A DNA stretch of 64,000 bases from Selaginella moellendorffii (lineage: Eukaryota > Plantae > Lycopodiophyta). The notes beneath the pieces were generated by a model. It was not told where the DNA came from. It was given only the letters and a program-made list of their open reading frames with translations, and did not search any database. The translations under genes were made by a program, and so were the position numbers. How positions within the stretch are numbered: position 1 is the first letter of the stretch; every line of letters begins with the position of its first letter. Shown here piece by piece: positions 11,859 through 22,271 of the stretch. The DNA lies in NCBI RefSeq assembly GCF_000143415.4, contig NW_003314395.1:186001-250000 (forward strand), in the 5' to 3' direction.

Positions 11859-12319
11859 TTGCCCCAATGTGTAGAATGCTCTAGCCTAGCACTCTCCATA
11901 TCATAGATAAATAGATAGATACCAGAGTACACGTGAAATACGTGAGCGCATCGATCCATTAACGCTGGGCCGAGGCTGAAGAAGGTCGGTGACGACGAGA
12001 TTGTGGAACAAAACTTGGCAGGAAGAGCTCGTCGTTGTTTTCTCGTGGTTCTTGGATGTTTGTAGGAGACTAGAGTACGATCCAGCTGCGAGGTTTAAAG
12101 GTAGATAAAGATAACTAGTATTGCTCGTGTCTGATGTCATTCCTGTTTTTTTTCCTTTATATGGGAATTCAATTTTTTGTAGTCCACACATTTTTTGATA
12201 TGCCCTGTGTGGTGCAGCTGGGACTATATATGGAATGCACAGTTCTATACTTGAGAGACTGAACAAATTATCCTCGACTGTTGTGTGCGTTCTGCTTCAA
12301 TTTTTTTACGTTTAAGTTC

Positions 12320-12850
12320 ATGGCAGAAGGGGCAACGGTTGCTAATTCTAATGAGGCTAACGGGAAAGAATCATTGAAGCTGGCCAAATTGCTGATTACA
12401 CCTTTCACTTTTGTGGCTTCCACATGTCTCCAGTCGGGAATCTCCCTCATCGACCACAGTGCAACGCCCGCGCAGAAGGGGCGTTGTTTCCACCTCTTTA
12501 TGGCTGCAACCATCTCCGTATTTGGAATGGCAGGGTGTATGATAGCAATTGTTGATAACAAGGAAAGAAATGCTCAGGAGCTCGACAATCTCATGTCCTC
12601 TCTTTCGATGATCTTGTTTGTGAGCTTGTCTACGATGCTGGTGCCACTCCTCTTCAGCCTCCTGTATGTTGTCTATGACATCAGCGCAACGAAGGCATCG
12701 TGGTCAATAATGGGTGCGTCTTTAGTTTTAATCGTTGGTTACTACGTGAAAAAGCTGTTCCAAGGGATGAGGATTCCTCTGAGAGCCACTCCTGTCATTT
12801 TATTTATCAGCTTTGCTGCTAATACGTATGGGTACACTTTATATAGATAA
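12320..12850 (+). CDS. Uncharacterised membrane protein with about 5 TM helices, copy 5
   Basis: Open ORF MAEGATVANSN...GYTLYR*; the Harbinger element is inserted 4 bp after the stop codon. Confidence 0.6.
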   Translation: MAEGATVANSNEANGKESLKLAKLLITPFTFVASTCLQSGISLIDHSATPAQKGRCFHLFMAATISVFGMAGCMIAIVDNKERNAQELDNLMSSLSMILFVSLSTMLVPLLFSLLYVVYDISATKASWSIMGASLVLIVGYYVKKLFQGMRIPLRATPVILFISFAANTYGYTLYR

Positions 12851-13182
12851 AAGAGGAGCCATTGGCACCTGTGCTTTATATAAAAATATTTTAAAACGTA
12901 TATTTTAATTTTTGTGACTGTTGCATTCGCACTTCAGTAGTTTTTAAGTTGTTTTAAGCTTTAAGTATGCATTTTAAAACATTTTCATTCCCACCTGCAT
13001 AAGTTTTTGTAGTAAAACTTTAACGTAAAACACTAGTGACTTTGCACTTGACTTACTTTAAAATGTCTTCAAAATAGCATTCGAACATGTTTTAAAATAT
13101 TTTAAAATTTCAAATTCGAAATGCTAACCCTAAATTTCAATTTCAAATTTCAAATTTCAAATATTAAACTTGAACATAGCAA

Positions 13183-14685
13183 TCACGCAGTTCTACGACG
13201 CCGCAAACATAGGAAGTCTGTTAAGTTCTCTTGGACCTTTTGTGCATCCTCCGGCCCACGCAAGTCTTGCTGTGGTTCTCTCTCAGCCACAATAGAATCC
13301 CCGTAATCTTCGAAAATCTCTGCTTCTTTCAAGGCTTGAATGTGTTTCTCCCATGCTTTGATCTCGGCATTGATGTTTGTCTCACCAACATCAATCAATA
13401 AGTTGTGCAAGATGCAACAACTTTTGATGATGTTCGGCAGGTACTTCGGCTTGATCCTTTTTTTTTTATCCAAGCATTTGAATTTCATTTTCAAGAGTCC
13501 AAATGCTTGTTCAATAACAATCCGGGCCAGATGGTGTTGCTGGTTGTACTCCGCCTCAGTCACCATCAACCAGGAACTTGTTTCAAATGAATAATTGAGA
13601 AAAAAAAAAAAAACAAACAGCTTATCTAAGTGAGGGATCATCAAGTGCTGTTGTAGCTGATAGCCTTTGTCTCCCACTAGGTATGGCTCAATCCACTCAT
13701 CAAAAGCAAACTCCTGAGGAACTGTGAGTAATTCCCTCGCTTGAATCTTGTGGCATAGCCTGGAGTTTTGAAAAACCCTCATGTCATGAACACTCCTTGG
13801 GAAAAAAAAACCAATTAGATGTATAGAAGAAAAAAATTAAAAGTAATTACCTGGCCAACTTGCATAGATACTCAAGAACCTTTTCTGAGCATCACAAGAT
13901 CACCGAGTACCGTTGCTTTCGATCAAAGTAGCCCTCACCATTCGGGCCAACTGGTGGAATAATCTTGAAATGTGTACAGTCAATCGCCCCAGCCACATTA
14001 GGGAGACGGGTCTTGGTGATTTGCTGAAAATCTGCCGCCACAGCTCTAACCTCCGCTGCTGTCTTTGGGAATCGAATCTTGTACCTGAGGCACTTGACGA
14101 TTGCAGCAGTTGTCTGCACCACAATGTCATGTGCAGTGGCTTCCCCGATCCCAAACTTGTTAGACAGGTCGGAGTAGTCGGTGTTCTTGAACAACTTGTA
14201 CAAGGTGACCCCCAAACGAACATCCACTGGCACCGCTCTTCTAAACTTTGTATCCTGCTTGCAGATTTCAGCCTCTAGAGTGTCACAAAGCCCGAAGAAT
14301 GTCTTCTTCTCCATCCTCAGCTTCCGCTTCCATCGACCAGGGTCATACAACTCCATGAAGAACTTGCTCCATGTTGTCATACACCGCGGCTTCACCCACT
14401 AGAGACCGGTGTCAAGTCGCTTGGACAAGACTGCTTGAAGCTTGTCTTCGTCCTCCTCCTCGTCCGGAAGAGTTTGTGCCACTGGGGTCTTGTCATCGAT
14501 AATGGATTGAAAAGCCTCCATAGTGAGAAACAAAACTTGCAAAATAAGCAAGATTACCTTGTTCCTCAATAAGGCATCGATGACTGCTGCTTGATTGTTG
14601 AAAGAGCCATGTTCCTCCTAAGCATCTCTTTTGTTTTCCCCGGAAGCATCTTCTGTTTCCTCAGGTTGAACTGTTGCAAGATCCT
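13183..14685 (-). pseudogene. Harbinger DDE transposase (DDE_Tnp_4 type)
   Basis: GAIDCTH, WPG|SVHD, GDKGY and IEQAFGLLK motifs. Frameshift and stop at about 13892 (RYSVIL* instead of continuing into DAQKRFLSI). Confidence 0.85.
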
Positions 14686-14788
14686 GAAAAAAAAAATGGT
14701 TAGAAAAAATCTAAAATATCATAGCCTAAACATAGTTTAGTTTAATATTAATAATTAACGTCCCCCTAAAATCCCGAAAACAATACGG

Positions 14789-16224
14789 CTAACTCCTGGA
14801 TGTAGCCCCGTTCAAGAAGTTGAAGATGGAGCTTGCAAGGTTGGAGATGGCTCCAGCTAAAACTGTTGCAGTTGCAGCCTTTTCCTTCTCAGCCAGGCTA
14901 TTCTCCTTCATGCAAACAATGCTCTCTTTTTGCCACGCTAGATTCTGCTCATTTCGAGCAGCAGCAAGAGCATTCCCCTCAGCGAGCAAAGTTGTCATTC
15001 TTTTCTCGGCCTTCTTCGGGTTCTTCCGCTTTCCTGAACTCCCTGGCACCTGTGTAGCATCTCCAGGAGGATCAACACCATCTGCGGGATCCTCCTCGTA
15101 AGCTTCCTCTTCCGGAGCATCTGAATCAGCAAGAAATGTTGGAGATGTTGATGCTTGCTTTGCTAGGAATTCATCCATGATGTTGAAGTACTCGACTGGG
15201 AACACCTTCAAGTTCAACTTCACCAGCATAAGTCGCTTCGCATCCTCATTAAAGTAGTCGGGGTTCCCAGTTTTCCTCTGGAAATTGTAAACGCACTTGT
15301 AGTTGTTGCAAAGGTTGTTCCAGCGAGTCTGGCAAACCTTCCAGTCTCGCTGCATGCCAGCAGCCTGCATCTTCTTCGCAATCCTCTTCCAGCGATTAGT
15401 TGCTGTCAACGTCATCTCCTCGCTGCCCCGCATTGCCCCGATCTTTCCAAGATGATCTTCCCGTTTGAAGTCAATGAGGGAAGCCGTCTCATCATCCCCC
15501 CAGTTTTTCCTGCGTTTCTTCCTCACTTTCTTCACGACATGAACACCTGCCTCCCCTTCCTCGTCGTCATCGCCTTCCTCTTCATCACCCCGATCATCTT
15601 CTTCCACCTCCTGTTCAACGGCAACATCCTGCTCCTCCAAGTTATGAAACCAGAACTGCATATACTGCTGTCCTAGTGACTCAGGTCACTTACTTCGCCA
15701 CCCTAAACCCGAAACCACTCTCCTAGAATCTGAGCTAAACTTGGTTTGAAGCTTACCTCGTTGGTTGTCGTAGAAGAGAATTCAGAGAACAATTGAGTTC
15801 TAGAAGCCGTGGGGGGAGAGGCTCCAACTCCCTGTGCTACAGCTCCTCGTGCTCCAACTCCCCGTGCTATAGCTCCCTGCGCTCCAGCTCCAACTCCGCC
15901 CTGATTGAGGCCAAAATTCGAGAGATCGGCATCTCCATGGCCTCGGCCCTGAGGCAGCCTGCCTCCTCGAGCAACAGCTGGGCCTGGTGCTCGTCCTCCA
16001 GCCCCAAATGCTCCTCCACCACGATTGCTCCTCACTCCACGAGCAGCACCTCCTCGCTGGATGCCACTGCCCCAAACCCGCACCATCTCGTCAAACCCTA
16101 CAGTTCCTCCTTCCCCAAAATCAGCTCCTCCTCCTTCCTCCACTGAATCCCCAACAGGATCTAACCCTAGGGCGATGATGTCGGCTCCCCCGCCATAAAA
16201 TGCCTGAGCGCTCACGCAGCTCAT
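14789..16224 (-). CDS. Harbinger Myb/SANT (trihelix) DNA-binding protein
   Basis: WGDDETASLI...WKRIAKKM...RDWKVCQTRWNNL. Upstream Gly-rich exon 15757-16224 is probably spliced on. Confidence 0.8.
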
Positions 16225-16824
16225 GGCAAAAATCTGAAATGCCCTAATCAGGGTGCTGGAATCTTTGGGGAATTTTGGAGATTCCTTTTAAAAATATTTT
16301 TAAGTCTAAAAGAACCCTCCCCCCATCTTTTAAAATTGGTCTGAATGTTTTAAAAAGTGAAAACATTGTGTTAAAGTTAACACTATGTGCGAATCAAAAT
16401 GTTTTAAGAAAATATCCTAAATTTTAATGTAAAGTAATTTACTTTATTTTAAAACATAGTGCAAATGTATTCATCACTTAAATTTAGCACATTTCAAGAA
16501 TAAAGAGCAGGTGCAAATGGCTCCAGACTTAGTTTTTTAATGTGATAGATTTACAATTTCCTTTGTTACAGAGATTGTTTTTGTTTTTTTGCTCGTTTCT
16601 CTAGCAGTGCTGTGGCTCCTTCAAACCTTATGGTGCCTCCGACAATGGCGAAAAGAGCTTAAGAGGGGGCTGCCAATGTCTTCATTGACCGCATGGATAA
16701 GAAAATGGAGGACGATGATGTCGCTAATGCTCATCCATTTCTTAGATACATAGAAAAATAGTGGCATGAATCTTGGGAGATTTTGATGAGGGGGTTTAAA
16801 GGTTTTAGCAGCTGCTCGTGGGCA

Positions 16825-18301
16825 ATGCAGCAACACCAGGAGTGGGCGGGGCTCCAGTCGTGGAGGTCCCCGGCGGCGCCACCCAATGAGCGGCGCCGCT
16901 GGGGGGATGCCGGCCCTGAGATGGTGGCGACTCCCTTAGATCACGCTGGTTCTTTCTCTCCTCCCCCTCGCAGCCTCGCGGAATGGGGCGCCTTGATCCT
17001 CGCCACCCCTCGTCCACTCTCCAAATCCCACTTGACGCACCACGCTTACAAGCTTTGGTGCAGTGGTGCTCTTCCGATTGGTGTAGCGGTCGCCATGGAT
17101 TCTCCCGCAAGGCCAGAGAAGCCTCAGCTGGTAAGATTCTTCTTCTTTTCTCTCGAAGTTCTAGACATTCGTTTGTTCTTGCTGTGCCTATAGGTGCATC
17201 CAAGGAGAGTTCCAACAGCCAAAGTTCTGGGGATATCTCCCAGCGTTCATATGATCCATAACTTGGCACACATCGAGCTCAACGCCGTGGATCTTGCATG
17301 GGACACTGTGGTGCGCTTCTCGGCGTCGGGTGGCGAGCTCGATTCGCAGTTTTTCGCGGATTTTGCTCACGTTGCGGACGACGAGAGCCGGCATTTCTGC
17401 TGGTGCGAGCAGCGATTGAACGAGCTTGGTTCCAGGTATTTAGAAACTTGTAGTTTTCTCTTCATTTATCGTTTCTTTATCATAGTTATGGAGATGTTCC
17501 AGCGCACAATTTGCTCTGGAAGGATTGCCAGAAAACTTCTGGAAGCGTGGATGCTCGTCTCGCAGTTATTCCAATGGTCCAGGTGCCTATATGTTTTTTT
17601 TGTTTTTTTCTGTTCTTTAGTTCTCCAACTTTTCTATTCGAGTTTCTCTATTGTTTCAGGAAGCTCGGGGTTTGGACGCTGGGCCGAGGCTGGTGGAAAG
17701 ACTGAAGCAGCTCGGTGATGATAGAAGTGCCAATATTGTGGAACAAATCTCCCAGGAAGAGCTTGCGCATGTCGCTGTTGGTGTCTCGTGGTTCCTGGAT
17801 GTCTGCAGGAGACTAGAGTGCGATCCAGCGGCGAGGTTTAAAGGTGGATAAACTAGTACAGATCTTTTCTTCGATTTCGTATCTGATCTCTTCCTTGTTT
17901 TCCTTGTTACGATCGATCAGAATTAATGACGAGCTTGAACGTGGAGCTGAGAGGTCCATTCAACCACAAAGCGAGAGAGGCAGCTGGACTTCCTCAATCT
18001 TGGTACTTTTCATCTCATACTTCCTCGAAAATCTCTTTAACGATCGATCAATCCGCAGGTATGACACCGCTATGGATACAAAACTGGAGCAAAAACATCT
18101 GTCACCTCAGGTACGCTCTCGCCAAACTCGCTCTAAAAGCTTCGTACTTTGCTTTTACACAGGCCGGGACCATCTCTTCCTGCCTTCCCGAGGCAAGTTC
18201 TTCTCGGTCCGTGATCTCGTCCGTCTCACATTTTTGTGTTCTTCCAGGTTTGCTCGAGATTGGCAATTGTTGTGTCTTCCGAGAGCGACAATCTCCGCTA
18301 G
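16825..18301 (+). CDS. DUF455 ferritin-like (diiron) domain protein, about 7 exons
   Basis: HNLAHIELNAVDLAWD, DESRHF, EARGLDAGP and EELAHV motifs, plus LRGPFNHKAREAAGL; GT-AG introns. Confidence 0.85.
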
Positions 18302-18682
18302 AAAAGCTCGTTTTAAGATCCGATCAGATCCAATCCAGCCCAGGTAACTAAAGATCTTTTGCTCAAACTTTACTTGAGTTTTCTTTGGTTTGAAGTCTCG
18401 ATCTGGCGGTGGATTCGCAGAGCCCTCAAAAATCCCGCGCTGCCGCTGCTGCCGCCGCTAGAAGAAAATTTTACACCAACTTCATAAGGGAACGCGGCTA
18501 CCTTATCTACCGTGCGAATATCCCACTGCATATTCAGCCATTTAAAGCATCTTTCCAGGACGAACAACAAACTCCGAGAGGGAAAGACAAGAGAGAGAAG
18601 AGCTCCACACTCAAGGTCTCATTTTTTCTCTTGAGTCTTTCGATTTTCTCTCGAGCAAACGCGGCAAGCAGGAAGAGATCTC

Positions 18683-20364
18683 ATGGGTCTACAGGGAGAA
18701 GTAAGATTGAGCGATCTCAAAGTGAAAGTCCACAAGATCTCGACGGTGGTTCCAGCTGGAGAGACCGAGCAATGCACGCTCTTCATGTCCAACATCGACC
18801 AGGTACTGGCTTACTACGTCGAGACGGTCTACTTCTACGACAAGGGGGGTGACGCCGCGGTGGAACTTCTCCAGGAGGCGCTTGGGAGAGTTCTTGTCCC
18901 CTACCATTTCCTGGCTGGGAGATTCAAGCTCAATCCCAAGCTGGGGAGGATGGAGCTGGAATGCAACCGCGAAGGAGTCTCCTTTGCTGCCGCGAGCTGC
19001 GAGCTGCGAGTCTCGGATCTGGGCGATATCAGTGTTCCAAATCCGCTCTTCCGCAATCTCGTTCTCCTTCCGGACGAAGGCAAGGCTCTCAACGATGCTC
19101 CTCTCATCACAATCCAGGTTCGTTCCTTGTTTTTCTAGCGTTTGTTCTTGGTTCTTCCTTGGATAGAGCTTGGTTTCTTTGGGTGTTGAAATGCAGTTAA
19201 TGCATGATGATCGTTTGGTTGCTGGCTTTACACTTTTTTATGCGGTGGTTTTCTGTTCTTGCCAGGCATCTCTTTTGCATTGCAGGACCGCATTTAATAT
19301 CAGCGTGCTTGGATTCTTTACTCGTGAATTTTCTAGTCGTGACTCTTGATCTTTCCTTCGCGTTTTTACGTGAATTCTTGGACTTTGCGTCAGTGCTTGA
19401 CCGATCTCGACTAAAAAATCCATTTTTTTTTCTTTCCACACTCCAGGTGACCAAGTTTTCGTGCGGTGGCTTCGCAATGGGCGTTTACATGAGCCACGCA
19501 TCGCTCGATGGCATCGGCGCGCTCGAGTTCTTCATGAACTACTGCTCGGTTGCCCGCGGCGATGGCATGCAAGTCATCCCAAAGCCGGACCGGACGATGC
19601 TCGCCGCTCGCTCGCCACCGCAAGTAACTTTCGACCACACCGAGTACGTGAAGCTCAGCGATCTCATGGCCGCCGCCGCCGCCGCCAAGGCCACCGCCTT
19701 CACCACCCCGGACTCCGCCAACGCCACCACCCGTGCCCCACAAAAGCACGTCTACAAGAGCTTCTCCTTCACTCCCGACCGGATCGCCCAGCTCAAGAAG
19801 GCCGTCGTCGATGAATCCACCGCGACGATCGACAAGTGTTCTTCGTTCGAGGTGATCGTCGCCCATCTCTGGCAGGCGAGAACTCGGGCCGTGGAGATGG
19901 ATCCCGACTCGCCCTCCAAGCTCTTCTTCGCAGTGGACATTCGCAACAAGGTAGATCCTCCGCTGCCAAAGGGATTCGCTGGGAATGGCGTCCTCTCGGC
20001 GCCTTGCGTGAAAACTCTCGCGCGGGACGTCCGCGAGAACTCGCTGGGCTACTGCGTACGGAAGGTCCAGGAGGCCATCGCCTCGGTGACCGACGAGTAC
20101 GTACGGTCGTCCATCGACCACGGGGAGCTCTATCGCGGCGTGCCGGCGCTCCACGGTGGGATATTCATCTCCCCGTGGTGGAAGATCCCCTTCCAGGAGC
20201 TCGACTTTGGGTGGGGGCGGCCGCTCTACGCGGGGCCCGTGGTAAACGACCGGGTAGAATTTGTTTTACTGCTCCACAATGGTAAACAGGATGGCGGGCT
20301 CAATGCGTACCTGGCGCTGGAGCCGGCGGAGATGGACAAGTTTGAGAAGCTCCTCCAAGTTTAG
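18683..20364 (+). CDS. BAHD acyltransferase (HHT/omega-hydroxyacid feruloyl transferase-like), 2 exons
   Basis: HASLD (HXXXD) and DFGWG motifs; conserved intron at ITIQ|VTKFSCGG (19118-19446). Confidence 0.93.
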
Positions 20365-20522
20365 CGAGGAAAGCATCTGGGCCGTTGGATTGTTTGCCTT
20401 CAAATTAAAAGGAAAATAGGAAAATGGTTTTTTATCGGACGGTGGACGGCTTCTCCGATGTGAAGCCCATCCCGACCGTCGGATTTGTTTCTTAAACCTC
20501 TCTTTGTTTCAAGCTTTTGGCT

Positions 20523-21461
20523 ATGGCGTCCCCATCGTCGCTGTGCGCCGATCTCCGTGGCGCTCGAGCGGCGCCCGCATTGCCGTCGCAAATTTCTTCC
20601 TCCTCCTCCTCGGCCGTGGCGTTTCCTCTGCGCGCGCGGATCGGTGGATCGCTGAGCGTTTCTTCGTCGTCGATCGGACGCAGGGATCTTGGGATTGGCA
20701 AATGTAGCAGCGCAGGAGAGGCGGCGAATGTGGACGTCGAGCAAGTGCCGATCGAGAAGAGTGAGTGGATTTTCCCTCTCGATTTTCGATATTTTCCTTT
20801 GCATGTCCTTGATTTCATGCTCTTTGGATCAGGGTTTGAAGAATTTCCTTCTGTGCTAGACATCAACAAGATCCGGGACATTCTTCCTCACAGGTACAGT
20901 GTTTATACTGTCCTTGGTATTTGTATCTCTCTTGTTTGGCTCTTGTTTTTTCATTTGATCTCTCTTGTTTTGCTCGTAGATATCCATTTTTGCTAGTAGA
21001 CAGAGTGATCGAGTATCAACCCGGTGTCACGGCAGTAGGGATTAAAAACGTGACGATCAATGACAATTTCTTCCCCGGCCACTTTCCGGAGAGACCGATC
21101 ATGCCTGGAGTTCTCATGGTTGAGGTAGAAAACGATGAGACAGAGAATTTTCTTGCGTAGTTCTCATGCTTTTGAAATTTCTGTCCAGGCAATGGCTCAA
21201 GTTGGTGGGCTCGTGATGCTCAAGCCCGAAGCTGGCGGCTCCAAGGAGATTTTTTTCTTTGCGGGCGTGGACAAGGTCCGGTTCCGCAAGCCAGTGATCG
21301 CCGGTGACACTCTGGTGATGAGGATGAACCTCGTCAAGTTCCAGAAGCGATTTGGCATCGTCAAGATGGAAGGCAAGGCGTACGTTGGCAAGAATGTGGT
21401 TTGCGAGGGGGAATTCACCTTGGCAATGGCATCATCAGACGATGAAGCAACCAGCAACTGA
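20523..21461 (+). CDS. fabZ: Plastid 3-hydroxyacyl-ACP dehydratase
   Basis: Transit peptide; ILPHR|[28 protein letters not shown]|AMAQ and [10 protein letters not shown]; 3 introns. Confidence 0.95.
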
Positions 21462-22130
21462 GCTTTGGGCTTTTTTTGAGCTCATAATCAAGTTTTACAC
21501 GATATTATTCTCGTTTGATAAAGATGGTCAAGCTATTGTCTGTTAGCTCCATCAATCTTATGCTCGGTCTCATGCTTTTAGTGTTCAAACCTTAAAAAAT
21601 TTAAAACACCGCGGAAGCTTTGTCTAGTTCCAAATGTTCTTCCTTGTAATGTGGACTGATATTTCCCCATCAATGATAGTCCCAAATTGCGACTAATAAC
21701 ATGCAAGTTTCCAAGTAGATTCCAACACGTTCGCATGCCTTGTTTGAGTGATCCTCGCATTGCATTTCTTTCAACACTACTGGAGTTTTTTCTCAATAAA
21801 GAACTAGACTTGGTCTTGAGAATTTTAGGATGTGCTTGACCAGTAAATGCACGACAATGTCATACGTTGGCTTCTGCAATTCTCAAGCCAGATTATGTGG
21901 TCAAAGAATGTTTGCTACTCGTTTTGCTTGACTCTACGTTTATGCTTCCGCTTGATCACACATTATAACACGTCTTTTTTCTTTGTTAAGTTTAGGAAAC
22001 TAGCATACCAGGCTATCCTTTTTGGATGCAAGTCTCAATCGAAATAGACGTGATTTATATATACAAGACAACAATTCTGCCATACGCGACCCCATGCTCG
22101 TCCTCGTCAGAATTGGACGGCCAGACCTTC

Positions 22131-22136
22131 TATAAA
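22131..22136 (+). promoter_or_regulatory. TATA box upstream of the isocyanide synthase gene
   Basis: ctTATAAAga about 140 bp upstream of the ATG; AATAAA at 23904 downstream of the stop. Confidence 0.5.
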
Positions 22137-22271
22137 GAAGAAGACGAGGCAAATCCAGCATAGCAATCCAGAATCCCTTTAGCCAGTGCTCTCAGTGATC
22201 TACCACGAGCAATATTGCAAGTTTGGGTTAATACCGAATTCACAGCACTGCTACGTCGATCTATCCATTCT

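Larger units (their letters stand above)
12855..16524 (-). mobile_element. PIF/Harbinger DNA transposon (full length, defective transposase)
   Basis: 25-bp TIRs GGAGCCATTGGCACCTGTGCTTTAT / GGAGCCATTTGCACCTGCTCTTTAT (22/25). AGA is duplicated at 12852-54 and 16525-27; an empty site exists at about 6046. Encodes a DDE transposase and a Myb/SANT ORF. Confidence 0.93.

Noticed and set aside
1-12850. Pack-MULE or Helitron as the carrier of the gene-fragment mosaic
   Set aside because: No long TIRs, TSD or Helitron termini found around the block in this window (the left boundary may lie outside it).
19411-20154. Long antisense or alternative-frame ORFs over BAHD, kinase, KNL2 and F-box genes (e.g. 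57650-58474, 57765-58424)
   Set aside because: Shadow ORFs expected from GC-rich codon usage; no recognisable motifs.
21578-21796. Possible LINE reverse-transcriptase relic upstream of the ICS
   Set aside because: Only a vague LSLMGK-like resemblance; too short to support.
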